From Leptolyngbyaceae cyanobacterium (GTDB taxonomy: Bacteria; Cyanobacteriota; Cyanobacteriia; Phormidesmidales; Phormidesmidaceae), in contig CBDHHL010000032.1 in the NCBI GenBank assembly GCA_965263355.1, forward strand, positions 1,984,001 to 2,048,000: 64,000 nucleotides of DNA, given 5' to 3'. Under the pieces are notes generated by a model, which saw nothing but the letters and a program-made list of their open reading frames with translations, did no database searches and was not told the origin of the DNA. A program made the translations under genes and the position numbers. Positions 52,401 to 61,368 of this stretch are shown one piece after another; positions within the stretch are counted from its first letter, which is position 1, and every line of letters begins with the position of its first letter.

Positions 52401-54157
52401 GCTTCCCGAAACACCGGTTGAGTATCATAGAGCTGTCGACCCATGTTCAAGGACTGGGACCCTTGACCGGTAAACAAGTAGGCGATTTTAGGGCGTCCGG
52501 TTTCCGTCAATTGCCCCTGTATCAGAGCAGGGTTGTTGGGAAATGCAGCCAGTTGGTCCAACAGATCTTGGGTGGACTCGGTAACCACTGCGAGGCGATG
52601 GTCAAAGTCAGTGCGCCCAGTGTTTGCGGTGCAACAGATATCGGCCAAAGACTGTTCTGGATGATTGGGGATGTGCTGGGTGTAAGCCTCCACCAGTTCG
52701 GTTAGGGCCGTCTCACTTTTGGCCGATAGGGTAAATAGCTGAGTTGTTCGCTGAGGTGTTACCGGCTCTCTCTCGGGGGCTGCTTCCACCAAAATATGGG
52801 TGTTGGTGCCACTAAAGCCAAAGGAGCTTAACCCGGCAATGTGTTTATCATTGATGGGTTGCCAGGGGGTGAGCTGGGTGGGCACCCGAATCGCCAATTC
52901 ATTCCATGGAATCTGGGAACTGGGATTTTTAAGATGCAAATGGGGAGGAATCTCTTGATGCTGCAGGGAGAGTACCAGCTTAATTAAACCGGCCACCCCC
53001 GCCGCCGATTCTAAGTGACCAAAGTTTGTTTTGACTGACCCCACCACCAGGGGCCGATCGGCGGGACAATGTTGACCAAAAACCGCATCTAACGCCCTTA
53101 GCTCAATGGGATCCCCCAGGGACGTGCCGGTCCCATGGGCCTCAATGTAGCTGACCTGATCCGGGGTCACCCGAGCATTCTCCAACGCTCGGCGAATCAC
53201 CGCTTGCTGCGAAGGACCATTCGGTACCGTTAAACCACCGCTGCGGCCATCCTGGTTGACGGCGGACCCGCGAATAACGGCTAATACTCGATCATTATCG
53301 GCCAGGGCATCGCTCAATCGTTTGAGCACCACCACCCCGCAGCCTTCACCTCGGGCATAGCCATCAGCAGCCTGATCAAAGGTCTTGCAATGGCCATCTG
53401 GAGCCAGCATATGGGCCTGACATTCATTGATGGTACCGATGGGAGAGAGAATGTGATTAACGCCGGAGGCCAGGGCCAGGTTACATTCACCGGAGCGCAA
53501 ACTTTGACAGGCTAAATGGACCGCTACCAGGGAGGAGGAACAGGCCGTATCAATGGCCATGCTGGGTCCTTGAAATCCCAAGGTATAGGAGAGCCGCCCC
53601 GAGGTAACGCTAAAGGCATTGCCCGTGGCTGTATGGGCATCGATCAGGGGTAAGTCGGTGGCCAACTGGAAATAATCCAGATTCATAATGCCAACAAATA
53701 CTCCCGTTGGACTGCCGATGAGGGACTTAGGGATATAGCCTGCATGTTCCAGAGCCTCCCAACTCACCTCTAACAACAGTCGCTGTTGAGGATCCATGCT
53801 GACGGCCTCACGGGGAGAGATGCCAAAAAATAAGGGATCAAACTGGTCAACCTGGTCTAAATACCCGCCGTGGCGAACGTATAACTTACCCGGTTGCCTC
53901 TGGTCCGGATCGTAAAAAGTCTCCATATCCCAACGATCACTAGGAGTGGGACTGGTGGCATCGACACCATCGTGGAGCACTTGCCAAAATTCATCTAGAT
54001 TGTTGCTCCCTGGAAAACGGCAGCCCATGCCTACAATGGCAATTGGCTCTCGACGAGCCTGTTCACTGGCGTCTAGCTTGGCTTGCATGTCCTTGAGAGC
54101 AAGGAGGGCCCGTTTTGTTGGGGAGAGTCCGGTTTGAGCGTTTGCAGTCTGACTCAT
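49433..54157 (-). CDS. Type I modular PKS: KS-AT(malonyl)-KR(A-type)-ACP
   Basis: KS triad intact; AT GHSIG and HAFH; KR TGGFGSLG, no LDD, VWGSFGQAHYAAGN; ACP LGLDSL; N- and C-terminal docking helices. Confidence 0.95.
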   Translation of the reverse strand: MSQTANAQTGLSPTKRALLALKDMQAKLDASEQARREPIAIVGMGCRFPGSNNLDEFWQVLHDGVDATSPTPSDRWDMETFYDPDQRQPGKLYVRHGGYLDQVDQFDPLFFGISPREAVSMDPQQRLLLEVSWEALEHAGYIPKSLIGSPTGVFVGIMNLDYFQLATDLPLIDAHTATGNAFSVTSGRLSYTLGFQGPSMAIDTACSSSLVAVHLACQSLRSGECNLALASGVNHILSPIGTINECQAHMLAPDGHCKTFDQAADGYARGEGCGVVVLKRLSDALADNDRVLAVIRGSAVNQDGRSGGLTVPNGPSQQAVIRRALENARVTPDQVSYIEAHGTGTSLGDPIELRALDAVFGQHCPADRPLVVGSVKTNFGHLESAAGVAGLIKLVLSLQHQEIPPHLHLKNPSSQIPWNELAIRVPTQLTPWQPINDKHIAGLSSFGFSGTNTHILVEAAPEREPVTPQRTTQLFTLSAKSETALTELVEAYTQHIPNHPEQSLADICCTANTGRTDFDHRLAVVTESTQDLLDQLAAFPNNPALIQGQLTETGRPKIAYLFTGQGSQSLNMGRQLYDTQPVFREAMEQCDRILQPLLQGDSILSVIYPPAGESSPLNQTAYTQPALFAIEYALYKLWRSWGVKPDIVLGHSIGEYVAAYVAGVYSLEDGLKLIVERGRLMQALPAGGQMAAIIAPQEQVHQVIAAYEENIAIAAINGPQNIVISGVGDAVQAVLDQFVAQGIDVHPLHVSHAFHSSLMTPMLEAFQHQAAAITLNPPKIPMVSSVTGQLVTHEVTQPDYWRRQVRQSVNFATAMETFAQQGYDLFLEVGPHPVLLGMGRQCWASGQGTWLPSLRRGQAPWPHLLSSLGTLWCKGFTIKWSAVETTPQVPVSLPTYPFQRSRYWVEMANPAWTGSSAANGQSKRAIGLDNALYEILWQTASPVTDKAKSVTGHWLIFADRQGVGQALAHQLRTQGATCKLIYAHDSTESIEYTLNPAETENFAAQVQSLLAAQPCRGVVHLWSLDLDAADWADLEMAQVLSTSSIPPLVQALAQQTDVTPEIWLVTQGAQSLSPDQPVALAQSPLWGLGRVLPLEHPTLWGGLVDLDPAVDLLMSSADSLLRLIQSDAGEDYLAIRHGQIYTARLTPTTPSNALPFKPVANSCYLITGGFGSLGMAVAHWLVDQGATHLKLLGRTALPDRAQWLNLTANNKLAKRVQAVEALEAKGAQVDVLQADVSDWGQMVAAFEQLSQSDQTLKGIFHAAGVVAEQPLTDMSRQQLQDIMRPKLLGTWNLHKLSQAMPLEQFVCFSSIASVWGSFGQAHYAAGNAFLDAIAHHRRALGQPAVSINWGPWAEGGMASDEIQALLQRVGIEAWPPQAALELMAALMAQPKAQITAAQVDWTRFKPVYEIKGARSLLTNLGNAETNAETESVETGPSAFLQGLENIPASQRKAYLIDYLKGEVAHVLRLPPSTSIGIRQGFTELGLDSLMAVDLKGQLEKGFGKTLSSTLAFNYPDIESLADYLAREVLEIESVADVVEPVVEPVVETATELENLSEDELAALLDEELAAFSNP

Positions 54158-54252
54158 GGTTTCAGAAAAGAGCTAGGTAAAGGAAAGCGCCTAAATTTAG
54201 GTAAGTAAAACGGTTTAACAGAGCTAGATAACGGTCAAGACTCAATGGTTCA

Positions 54253-57200
54253 CTAAATGGCTTCCAGGGCCTCTAACAGCAGGGCTTCTGCCTCTGCTTC
54301 GGACAGATCTTCCACAGCTTCTCTGGACAGATCGCTGGACAGAACAGTGTCCTCCAGAGGACTGGCTGGCGTCAGGGAAGACGCTGGCGCGGCACTGGGA
54401 ACAGGCTCTTGATTGGGGAAGAGTATTTGGGCCAGGTGTTGGGCCAGGGCATCCAGGGTGGGATAGTCAAATACCAGGGTGGAGGATAGGGATTGCCCCA
54501 GGGATGTCTGCAACGTGTTGCGCAGTTCCACCGAGGTCAAGGAGTCCATGCCCAAATCAAAGAAGCCTTGGTGCAGGTCAAAAACATGGGTGGGACTCAG
54601 CCGTAACACTTTTCTCAGCTGGTCTTGTAAATGCTCTGAGAGTCCTGCAGCCCTCTCTTCAGCCGGTAGTTCAGCCAGGGCCAAAATGACCTCGGAGGGA
54701 CCACTGGCCGCTTGCCTAGTCAGTGGCAGAGATGGAGCTAGGGCCGACAACAGGGGTGAAATGGTGGGTGTTTGACTGAAAAACTGTTCCCAGCGCACGG
54801 GCATGACACCCACCTGAGCTGCAGGTTGTTGTAACAGTTGATCTAGGGCCTGGAACCCGGTGTCGGGCTCAATCATATCTAAGCCCATGGAGAGCAATCG
54901 CTGTTGTTCTCGTTCATCTAACTGGGCTGCCATACCGCCTGCTGCCCAGGTGCCCCAGTTGATACTTAGGGCAGGCAGTCCCAACCCCTGGCGATAGTAG
55001 GCCAGACTGTCTAGAAAGCTGTTGGCAGCCGCATAATTAGCTTGCCCCGGAGAGCCCAGCATGGCTGCCACTGACGAGAACAGCATGAAATAATCGAGGG
55101 AAAGATCTTGGGTTAGCTGGTGTAGATGCCAGGCCCCAGTAACCTTAGGTGCCATCACCCGATTAAATCGCTCAGGGGTTTGTTGAGCCAGTAAGGCATC
55201 GTCTAGCAAACCAGCGGCATGGAACACCCCCCGCAACGGTGGCAGACTTGTTTGGATCTCTGTTATCACCCGGCTGAGGTCGTCAACCTGGGTAACATCG
55301 GCCTGGAATACCCGCACGGTTACGTCAGGTCCTGTTGGCAGTGAGGCCCCATCAGCGGACCGACGGCTCAATAACACGAGATGTTTAGCGCCATGGTCAA
55401 TTAGATGTTGGGCCAGCTGGCGACCCAAACTGCCCAGACCACCGGTAATCAGATAGGTGGCATCTGCCGTTAGCGCTAACGGCTCGGCAGATGTGGCAGT
55501 GGCCCGAGTTAACCGGGCCACATGGCGTTGTTGTCGTATTGCGATCGCATCTCCCGTAGGAGCCAACAGTTCAGGCAGTAGCTGCTGGGCCTCATTTACT
55601 GGCGATGGCGCTGTAGCTAGGTCCACCAGCCCGCCCCAAATAGCAGGCTGTTCCAGGGCAATCACCCGTCCCAGACCCCATAGGGGAGCAGCGCCCACCT
55701 GGGCTACGGTGGTCTCCACGGCCTGGGTTCCTCGGGTCACAAACCAGAGTTTACCGCCTGTGCCACTGAGGGCAGCGCCAAGACCCTGGGCCAGGGTTAG
55801 TCCCGTGTGTACCACTCGCTGTTGAGTTTGGGTCAACGTCTCCCATGGGTCGGGTAAATCAGCCCCCCATAGATGAATGACCCCAGCCAGGGGCATGCTT
55901 TGACGAATAACGGTTTCAAAGAGCTGTTGCCAGTCTTCAGAACGTTGGGGATTCACCTGCCAGAGACTCCCCTCCAATTGCAGGGTTTCCCCAGCCCTAA
56001 TTTGGGTACAGCTATGGCCTTGCTGAGTCAGTTGTTGAGTCAGGGCCTCACCGACACCCTCCCCATCGGCTAACACTAACCAGTGACCATTGGCAGGGAT
56101 AACGCCGGACGGCTCCATGGCTGGCTGAGGCTGCCAATCTACCTTGTAGAACCAGTCTTGCCAGCTGGGTTGGGCCAGCTGTTGGAGAGTTTCCTTGCGA
56201 ATGCGTCGGACCTGGAGATTGTTCAAAATGGCTAAACAGTGGCCGGTCTCATCAAACAGATGCAGGTCTGCCTGACGAATGGGCTGTTCTGCCGCCGCCG
56301 GATAAATTTTGCCATGGATCCACAGGGGACCTCGAACCGGCTGAGCCAATGAGAGTTGTCCTAAACCGATGGGTAAGTAGGTCTCTTCGCCATTCTCTGG
56401 CAGGGTGGCAAACAGTAATTGGAACCCTGCATCCATTAGGACTGGATGGAGCTGATAAACGGCATCGGCGGGCACTCCTGCCGGGAGTTGTACCTGACCC
56501 AGGGCCTCATTGTCGTGTTTCCAGAGCTGCTGGATGCCCTGGAAACTGGGACCGTATTCTAACCCTCGCGATCGCAGCTGTTGATAATAGGCGGCTTTCT
56601 CCACCGGTTCAGTACAGCGGGCCTGGGCCTCTGCCAGGGTCAACGATGGCGTGAGTTTAGCCGTTGTCGCCAGGTTACCAACCGCATGCTGTATCCAGTC
56701 TGTGGAGCTGGATTGGCCATTAGATGTTCCGAGGGAGTCAGTACTGACAATCCGGAAGCTACCAGTGGACGAGACCACCATCTGCACATGGCGACTGCCG
56801 GATTGGGGCAGCACCATGGCGGTTTCAATGGAGATATTTTCGAGACCATAACTATCCTGGCCATAACTACCCTGGTCAGGGTATTGGATCGCGGCCAATG
56901 CCATTTCTAAATAGCCAGCCCCTGGTAGCACCACCAGCCCCGCCACCTGGTGACCCGCTAGCCAGGGCTGTTGCTCCAGACTAAGCTGCGCCGAAAAGAC
57001 AGTCTCATCGAGGGCAAGGGGAATCGGTTCAGCAATTAAAGGATGCCCTGGGTTAGTAACGGTTTCAACGGTTTTTTCGACCCAGTAACGTTCTCGCTGC
57101 CAGGCATATAGGGGCAGTGAGACAACTCGGCAGTCCGGTGGAAACAAACCATCCCAGTTTACTGACTGCCCTTTAACGTAAAGCTTGCCCAGCGTAGATA

Positions 57201-59408
57201 ACATGGTCGCCCGCTCCGGTTGGTCCGGCGATAGCGAAGGCAATACCGTTATCGTTTCAGTGGACTGCAGTTGAGATGTGGGGCTGATTTCCAGCAGGGT
57301 GGCATAGCCAGCTTCGGCAACGGCCCCCAGACTTGCAATTAAATCTCCAGACGCGGTCACTGTTTTCTCCCAGTGCTCAATCTCCAAGGGAGATTCTGTC
57401 AACCAATCCACAGCGACGGTGGAAAACAGCGGTAACTTACCTGGGGCAAGAATAGGCTCCTGTTTAAGAGAACCCCTATTCTCGTCTGACTGGCTGCGAT
57501 CGCAGACCAGCGCTACCGCATCCCGTAGCTTTAATCTACCGGCCACGTGAGCGGCTGTAATCTCTCCTAATCCATGGCCTACAACAGCTCGGGGTTCCAC
57601 TCCCCAATACCGCCATAGCTGGGCCAGGGCAAGTTGAATTGCAAACAGTGCAGGCTGAGCTATGGCCGGTGTCTGTAGACGAGAGGTCGAGACATCAGCC
57701 GTCAGTTCAGCTAATAATGACCACCCCGCACAGTCACGGATCAGAGCATCGCAATCTTTAAGCACCGCCCGAAAAACCGGCTCACTCTGCAATAGGGTTT
57801 TCCCCATACCGAGCCACTGGGTGCCTGTATCGGTAAACACAAAAGCAACCTTGGGTCCACGACGCTTGATGGGTAAAGCGTCGGCCACTTGCTCCAGCTG
57901 CTGTTTGAGATCATCGATAGAACTAGCCACCACCGCCAATCGATATTTTTGATGAGATCGGCGGGCACTGGCGGTATAACAAATGTCCTGCAGAGAGAAA
58001 TCAGCAGATGATTGTTGTTCCAGCCAGGTTTGATACGTTTTCGCCTGCCCCTGAAGTGCTTCAAGGGAATGGGCTGATAGGGGTAACAGCTGGATATCAC
58101 TGAGGGGGGATGACGTCGGCAGCTCAGCTGGAGCCTGTTCTAAGACCACATGGGCATTAGTCCCCGCAAAGCCAAAAGCACTCACACCGGCCTTAGCAAG
58201 TCTCGATGTTTGGGTCCAGGGGGTGAGGGTCTGTTGCACCTTAAAGGGCAATCGGTCAAAGGGAATGTGAGGATTGGCCCTGTCAAAATGTAAGCTGGGC
58301 GGAATATGGCCATGTTTGAGGGCCAGGGTGGTTTTAATCAAGCTGGCAATACCCGCTGCCGCCTCCAGGTGACCGATATTGCTTTTTACCGCCCCCAGGC
58401 TACAGGTGGCATCGGTCGGTCGCTGTTCAGTTAAAACATCCGCCAGGGCCATCACTTCAATGGGATCCCCCAAAGCGGTGCCCGTACCATGGGCTTCAAT
58501 GTAATCCACCTCCCCTGGCGCAATCTCTGCTTTGGTCAATGCTTCCCGTACCACCGCAGATTGGGAGGGACCATAGGGGACCGTTAATCCTTTACTACGC
58601 CCGTCGTGGTTAATGGCGCTGCCGCGAATGGTGGCGTAAATTGGATCACCATCCATCTGTGCTGGGAAAGCGGCTTGAGAATTACACAGCCAGCCCCTTC
58701 ACTGCGGACATAGCCATTAGCACTGGCATCGAAGGTCTTACAGCGACCATCGGGGGAAAGGGCCTTAAGTTTAGTCAGTCCCAAATTACCAATAGGGGAC
58801 AGAATAATATTGACGCCCGCTGCCAGAGCCAGGGTAGACTCCTGGTTCCAGAGACTTTGACAAGCCAGGTGAACGGCCACCAAAGACGAGGAACAGGCGG
58901 TGTCTACGACCAAGCTTGGCCCGCGAAAATTAAATACATAGGAAAGCCGACCGGCAACAATATTGAGGGCATTACCTGTTAAGTCATAGCCCTGGGGCTG
59001 GGTATCATAGTCCGACTCCACCCGGCTGTAATCATTGGTGGAGATACCGACAAACACTCCTGTACGAGAGCCTGCCAGGTCCTCCCGTACCTGACCGCCA
59101 TCCTCCAACGCCTCCCAGGCAACCTCCAAGAGCAATCGTTGTTGCGGATCCATGGAAACCGCTTCTCTCGGTGCAATCCCAAAGGGATGGGGATCAAATA
59201 AATCGACTCGATCTAAAAAACCACCGTAGCGGGAACAGATTTTACCGGGGACATCGGGATCGGGATCATAAAACTGAGATAATGGCCAACGGTCAGTTGG
59301 AATCTCTGTGATAGCATCGACGCCATCACAGAGCAGCTGCCAAAAGGCTTTGGGGTTAGGCGCTTGGGGAAAACGACAACCAATACCAATAATTGCAATG
59401 GGTTCCAT
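54253..59408 (-). CDS. Type I modular PKS: KS-AT(inactive)-DH-KR(B-type)-ACP, split by a 1-nt frameshift near 58662
   Basis: 58584-59408 encodes the KS N-half (DTACSSS). 54253-58656 encodes EAHGTG/NIGHLE, AT GHGLG, DH HQVAGLVVLP and DAGFQ, KR LDD/YAAAN, ACP LGMDSL. One added G restores LSQAQMDGDPIY. Confidence 0.88.
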
Positions 59409-59460
59409 GGAATATGTGCACCTGTATGGACAGCAACAGTTTAAGGAGAGATTGTTACTC

Positions 59461-59730
59461 TTACGCGCTGATCTCTTCAGCTAGTCGTCCGGCCAGTTCG
59501 GCAATGGTGGGATAGTTAAAAATGATAACTGGGTTAAACTCATAGCCTAGCCAGGTTTCAAGCTGACCTAACATGCCCATAGCCTTAGCTGAATCAAGGT
59601 TGTAATTGTCAAAGGGCTCATCAATGTCGATGTCATCAGCATCTACATTTAAACGCTCTGCCATCTGAGCAATTAGCCAGTCTTGAATCTCTTCGGTAGA
59701 GCGGGATTGGGTAGTTTGAACAGAACTCAT
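59461..59730 (-). CDS. Stand-alone acyl carrier protein
   Basis: IQDWL...IDIDEPFDNYNLDSAKA...FNYPTIAELA; acidic 89 aa. Confidence 0.92.
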   Translation of the reverse strand: MSSVQTTQSRSTEEIQDWLIAQMAERLNVDADDIDIDEPFDNYNLDSAKAMGMLGQLETWLGYEFNPVIIFNYPTIAELAGRLAEEISA

Positions 59731-59797
59731 GGGAATTTCTTTGAGTAAACAACAAAAAATTTGAAAGCGGTAAACCTATGCGCCCGACCCCAGACTG

Positions 59798-61360
59798 TTA
59801 AGCCAGGGGCACCGGCACATAATGGGTGAAATGAACCGGTAGCTGTAATCCCTGCAGTTGCAGATGATTTAGACGATACCGATAGGCAGCTCCAGTAATC
59901 AGATGATGGGCTACATCACTGACTCGACGGGCCGATGGCTGGGCCAGGTAGGTGTCTTTCACCCAGCTGTTAAATGCCCCCATCGCCGGACCACACCAAA
60001 TCTGGTAATCCATTTTGCGGTTGTCATCTCCCCGAATAGACCAGCGCGATGACAGCCCCAAATACCAGCGAAAGATCAGCGCCATTTTACGTTTGGGATG
60101 ATCTTTCGCCCGTTCAATTTGCTCGGGATCGCGCTGATTAAAATACTCAACGGTTTCTTGCCAAATTGTTTCTAGGGGTTTACCAAAAACCTGTTGTTCT
60201 AATTTTTGCCGCTCAGTGCTGTCAATCTCGTCAATGCTGTCATAGCGTTGGTAAAGCTCGTAGAGCTTTTGTGCCCGCATGGGAAACAATGTTCCCCGTT
60301 TGAGCAACTGTACCTTAACACCCATTTCGAACATATCGGAAGAGGGGGCCATGGTAACATCGGCCATGCCAATCTGGCTTAAGAGGTTTTTGGTGTGGTC
60401 TGAGGTCCCAGCTTCTGTACAAGATTGATTGACTGAGCCTGTCACCACATAGCTTGCTCCCATGGCAAAGGCTGCCAGGGCTGCATCAGGGGTGCCAATT
60501 CCCCCTGCCGCTCCCACCCGTACCGGGGTGGGGTAGCGATACTGTTGTTGGATTTGATCCCTCAGGGCCAGAACCGTGGGAAAGAGACACACCAAGGAGC
60601 GGTTATCGGTATGGCCACCGGAATCAGCTTCAATGGTAATGTCGTCCGCCATGGGCACCTGGGCCGCTAAGCTAGCCTGATGTTGGGTGATCTCCCCTTG
60701 TTCCAACAGTCCCTTTAACAGTTTTTCCGGAGCTGGTTGCAAAAACTGTTGGGCCACTTCTAACCGGGAGAGTTTGGCAATAACTCGGTGGCGACTGTGG
60801 ATGTTACCAGCAGCATCCAATTCCAGGCCAGAGACTCGATACCGGACTAAATCTGGGGTAAGGGAGAGAAACGCAGAGGCTTCAATGGTGGTAATCCCAT
60901 GCTTTAGATAGAGATCAACCGCACTGCGTTCTAAGGCGGCTTCACTGGGGCTGTGGATCAGGTTAAAGGCGTAGGGACCATTGGGCAGGGCAGTTTGGAT
61001 TTGTGCGATCGCAGCCTCAATCCGAGCGGGCACCAATCCAGCCGATCCAAAACTCGACAGAAATCCAGCTTTACCCAAGGCAATGACCATCTCAGCTGAC
61101 GAAATCCCATTGGCCATCGCCCCGGCCATATAGGCATAGCGCACCCCATGGGCGGCTCGAAACGCGGCACTACCCAGATGCTCTGGCGGTAGGGCAGGAA
61201 CAAAACACAGGGCTGACTCACCGGTTGCTAGCTGATGGGTAAAACCAATCTGTTGACCCTGTTTGACGACATAACAGGGGGCCGACAAGTTGTGCAGCCG
61301 GGTTTTGATATCCGCAGGACTGACGGCTAAGGAGGGTGGAGAGAGAGTGGAAACAGTCAT
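59798..61360 (-). CDS. pfaD: PfaD/HglB-family FMN-dependent trans-enoyl reductase
   Basis: YMAGAMANGIS, NLIHSP, EASAF, EADSGGHTDNR, GAAGGIGTP, DMFEMGVKVQ, YQIWCGPAMGAFN. Confidence 0.93.
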   Translation of the reverse strand: MTVSTLSPPSLAVSPADIKTRLHNLSAPCYVVKQGQQIGFTHQLATGESALCFVPALPPEHLGSAAFRAAHGVRYAYMAGAMANGISSAEMVIALGKAGFLSSFGSAGLVPARIEAAIAQIQTALPNGPYAFNLIHSPSEAALERSAVDLYLKHGITTIEASAFLSLTPDLVRYRVSGLELDAAGNIHSRHRVIAKLSRLEVAQQFLQPAPEKLLKGLLEQGEITQHQASLAAQVPMADDITIEADSGGHTDNRSLVCLFPTVLALRDQIQQQYRYPTPVRVGAAGGIGTPDAALAAFAMGASYVVTGSVNQSCTEAGTSDHTKNLLSQIGMADVTMAPSSDMFEMGVKVQLLKRGTLFPMRAQKLYELYQRYDSIDEIDSTERQKLEQQVFGKPLETIWQETVEYFNQRDPEQIERAKDHPKRKMALIFRWYLGLSSRWSIRGDDNRKMDYQIWCGPAMGAFNSWVKDTYLAQPSARRVSDVAHHLITGAAYRYRLNHLQLQGLQLPVHFTHYVPVPLA

Positions 61361-61368
61361 CGACTAAA

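Noticed and set aside
58645..58680. Programmed ribosomal frameshift in PKS1
   Set aside because: No X XXY YYZ slippery site or obvious stimulatory structure; a simple deletion is more parsimonious.
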